From: Acidimicrobiales bacterium
GTDB taxonomy: Bacteria > Actinomycetota > Acidimicrobiia > Acidimicrobiales > RAAP-2
Direction: 5' to 3'
DNA length: 33,945 bases
NCBI GenBank assembly: GCA_035948045.1
Contig: DASZJN010000259.1
Span: 1-33,945, forward strand
Position numbers and translations under genes: made by a program. How positions within the stretch are numbered: position 1 is the stretch's first letter; each line of letters opens with the position of its first letter. Shown piece after piece: positions 31,682 through 33,945 of the stretch. Under the pieces are notes generated by a model. That model was not told where the DNA came from, ran no database searches, and saw nothing but the letters and a program-made list of their open reading frames with translations.

Positions 31682-33342
31682 GCGCGCGACAGCGAGTCGC
31701 CGTCGTGACCGGCGGCGGGGGCGGGATCGGGGCGGCGGTCGCCGAGGAGCTCGGCCGCGGCGGTTGGTTCGTCGTCACCGTCGATCCCCTCGTGACCCTC
31801 GACGGCTCCGAGCGGCTGCCGGAGCCGGAGGAGACCACTGCCGGCCGCATCGTGGCGGCCGGCGGCTCGGCCCGGGCATCATCGGCATCGGTGACGGACG
31901 CCGAGGCGGTCAGCGGTCTGTTCCGGGAGTTGGTCGACGAGCGCGGCGGGCTCGACGCCGTCATCAATGTCGCCGGCATCACCCGGCAGACCTACTTCGG
32001 GCTGGGCACCGAGGAGGACTGGCTCACGTTGCTGGCCGTGCACCTCGGGGGCTACCTCAACGTGCTCAACGCGGCACTGCCGCTCATGGCTGCCGCCGGG
32101 CACGGACGCATCGTCGGCGTCACCTCTGGATCGGGGTGGCGGGCCGCCGATGCCGGCGCGTACAGCTGCGCCAAGCGGGCCGTCGCCTCGGTCACCTGGC
32201 AGCTGGGCGGGCAGGCGCCCCCGGGGGTGACCGTCAATGCAATGTCGCCCATCGCCGCCACGCGAATGGTCGCCGCCGCGGCCGAGCGCGCTCGTCAGGC
32301 GGGCACGACTGGAGGCGGAGGCGGAGTCTCCCTCTTTGCATCGATGCCGGGCCCCGAGGACCTCGCACCGCTGGCCGCGCACCTGGTGGGCGACGAATTC
32401 GGGTGGTGCAGCGGTCGGGTGCTGTTCGCCGGCGGTTCGGAGGTGGCGGTCATCGACGAGCCCCGGCTCCTCGAGGTGGTGCGCACTGACGGGGCGGTCT
32501 CGCTGTCCCGGGTGCTCGAGGCCGTGCTCCCACGGGCCTTCTCGACAGCCGAGACCGCCCAGGCGACCGGCGGGGGCGGCAACCCCCGGTTCAGGTCCAT
32601 CTTCGACGAGCCGGCCCCCGCCGAGGTCGCTTCGTCACAGGTGCGATCCTGTGCCGTGGTCACCGACCGCCCGCGGTTGGCCGCATCGCTGACGGCGGCG
32701 CTCGAGGCCCGGTCCATCACCTGCCACCGCCTCGATGTCGCTCGCGGCTTCGCCCAGGCCGCCGACGCGCTGCACTCGATCGTCGCCTCTAACGGGCCGG
32801 TCGATGCCATCGTCGTCGCGCCCGCCGGTCGTCAGCCGACGGCCATCTCGACGGACGGTTGGGAGCGAACCCTGGCCGAGCACCACGGCATCGTCGAGGA
32901 CATCCACACCGACGCCGGCTGGGCCCGGGCGGCGGCCGAATACGCCACCAGGGCCGCTCGCCCGGTCCGGCTAGTGACCCTCACGGAGGCGGCAACGGGT
33001 GGAGGTCGTAGTCGAGCTCAGGCCTCGGCACAGCATGCGCGAGCTGCCGCGGGCACCACGAAAGGGCGAGTCACGGCTTTCGCGGCCGGCATCGAGGCCC
33101 CGGAGGCGGCCGCGGTCCAGCCGGTCGGCGAACTGGTCGGCCACCTGCTCGGCCATCCCGAAGCGGGGTCTCTCGCGGGTGCTGAGCTGGTGATCGGCGC
33201 CGGCTGGGTGGGCCTCCGCGGCCACCCCCGGCCACTCGGCAGCATCACGTACGGTGGCCCGGCCGTGCCCGATTGGCTCGACGCCACGCTCCGGGAGATG
33301 GTCGGATCCGCCGCCCGGCCACCGCACACCGAGGCCGGATGA
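31678..33342 (+). CDS. two-domain SDR-family oxidoreductase: MFE-2/Hsd4A-like N-terminal dehydrogenase domain + degenerate C-terminal Rossmann-like domain
   Basis: GTG 31678 overlaps the BVMO TGA (GTGA). The N-terminal domain has VAVVTGGGGGIG, INVAGI, GVTSGSG, the YSCAK motif (YxxxK) and PIAATRM. The C-terminal ~270 aa has no glycine-rich or YxxxK motif. The rest of ORF 30283..33342 is an out-of-frame overlap with the BVMO gene. Confidence 0.85.
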   Translation: MSARQRVAVVTGGGGGIGAAVAEELGRGGWFVVTVDPLVTLDGSERLPEPEETTAGRIVAAGGSARASSASVTDAEAVSGLFRELVDERGGLDAVINVAGITRQTYFGLGTEEDWLTLLAVHLGGYLNVLNAALPLMAAAGHGRIVGVTSGSGWRAADAGAYSCAKRAVASVTWQLGGQAPPGVTVNAMSPIAATRMVAAAAERARQAGTTGGGGGVSLFASMPGPEDLAPLAAHLVGDEFGWCSGRVLFAGGSEVAVIDEPRLLEVVRTDGAVSLSRVLEAVLPRAFSTAETAQATGGGGNPRFRSIFDEPAPAEVASSQVRSCAVVTDRPRLAASLTAALEARSITCHRLDVARGFAQAADALHSIVASNGPVDAIVVAPAGRQPTAISTDGWERTLAEHHGIVEDIHTDAGWARAAAEYATRAARPVRLVTLTEAATGGGRSRAQASAQHARAAAGTTKGRVTAFAAGIEAPEAAAVQPVGELVGHLLGHPEAGSLAGAELVIGAGWVGLRGHPRPLGSITYGGPAVPDWLDATLREMVGSAARPPHTEAG

Positions 33343-33945
33343 CCGCTCAGCCCACCCGTGTCGTCGACGCCCACGTACACCTCTGGGACCCCGCCCGCAC
33401 CGACTGGTACCCGTACCTTTCGCGGCCTCCGACGCAGGGCGCCGGTGATGCGTTGAGGATGTATCGCCGCTTCGATGCCGGCACCTATCGGGCGGAGACG
33501 GCCCGGTGGAACGTCGAGAAGTTCGTGAATGTCGCCGCCGCCACCGGTCGTCACTCGATCGAGGAGACCATCGAGCTCGACGGTGACGCGCATTCGACCG
33601 GCGGCCCCGACGCCATCATCGGCGGTTTGCCTCCGACCGATACCGTCGCCGAGGCCATCGATCTCCTCGAGCGGCAGATGACTGCTTCGCGCTTCCGCGG
33701 GGTCCGCCCGATGGGTGTCCACGATGGTCCGCTCCCCGACGTCGAGGTCCTCCAGGCGCTGCAGGATCGGAACCTGGTGTTCGAACTGATGGCCCATACC
33801 GACCAGCTTCGAATGGCGGCGACGGGGCTCGCCGGCTTCGACGGTCTGACCGTCGTCGTCGAGCACACCGGATGGCCCCGCTCGAATTCCGACGAGGAGC
33901 GTGCCCTCTGGCGGCCTGGCATCGACGCGCTGGCCAGCCTGGGCG
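33339..33945 (+). CDS. amidohydrolase-2 family hydrolase, N-terminal part (3' end outside window)
   Basis: ATG 33339 overlaps the SDR TGA (ATGA). My own translation reads MTAQPTRVVDAHVHLWDPARTDWYPYL...VVVEHTGWPRSNSDEE... and is open to the window end. It is absent from the ORF track because no stop is reached. Confidence 0.8.
   Translation, partial: MTAQPTRVVDAHVHLWDPARTDWYPYLSRPPTQGAGDALRMYRRFDAGTYRAETARWNVEKFVNVAAATGRHSIEETIELDGDAHSTGGPDAIIGGLPPTDTVAEAIDLLERQMTASRFRGVRPMGVHDGPLPDVEVLQALQDRNLVFELMAHTDQLRMAATGLAGFDGLTVVVEHTGWPRSNSDEERALWRPGIDALASLG

Noticed and set aside
30283-33342. A 1019-aa ORF that could be read as one giant protein.
   Set aside because: Its first 465 codons are an out-of-frame overlap with the BVMO gene and translate to Arg/Pro-rich nonsense. 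Real coding starts at GTG 31678, which overlaps the BVMO stop.
1-33945. A biosynthetic gene cluster, or a phage-defence or toxin-antitoxin system.
   Set aside because: There is no PKS, NRPS, terpene cyclase or RiPP core. There are also no nucleases, helicases, methyltransferases, STAND/AAA ATPases, small toxin-like pairs, CRISPR repeats or mobile-element genes. The gene content is uniformly catabolic, built around acyl-CoA chemistry.

Overview
High-G+C, actinobacterial-type chromosomal segment. I call 27 protein-coding genes, 2 of them truncated by the window edges. I found no rRNA, tRNA, CRISPR array, transposase, integrase or recognisable defence genes.

Positions 1-1848 are visibly lower in G+C. 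Hand counts of sampled 60-nt lines give about 58-60% there, against about 65-70% at lines 2041 and 12601. This flank carries an ankyrin-repeat gene end, a RibD-C/DHFR-family gene and a rifampin ADP-ribosyltransferase (Arr) homolog whose 3' end is broken by a 1-nt frameshift.

Positions 1849-33945 form one dense lipid, steroid or terpenoid-type acyl-CoA catabolic supercluster:
- seven acyl-CoA dehydrogenase (ACAD) genes, which resolve into four alpha/beta sets
- a cytochrome P450
- three crotonase-fold proteins
- two thiolase-like proteins lacking the nucleophilic Cys, one with a separate DUF35 partner and one with a fused OB-fold tail
- an acyl-CoA ligase divergent from a copper amine oxidase
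- a GMC flavoprotein with its small subunit, a Zn-alcohol dehydrogenase and an FGGY kinase
- a DMT-type membrane protein
- two amidohydrolase-2 genes
- a translationally coupled operon of Baeyer-Villiger monooxygenase, MFE-2-like double-domain SDR and amidohydrolase

No transcription factor and no P450 redox partner is encoded in the window.

The best candidate for something undescribed is the catabolic system itself. It is igr/ChsE-like in logic (P450 plus alpha2beta2 ACADs plus DUF35/Ltp2-like aldolase) but has a different gene complement (BVMO, amine oxidase, GMC dehydrogenase), and its substrate cannot be read from the sequence.

All family calls come from reading the supplied translations for motifs. 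No database search was possible.
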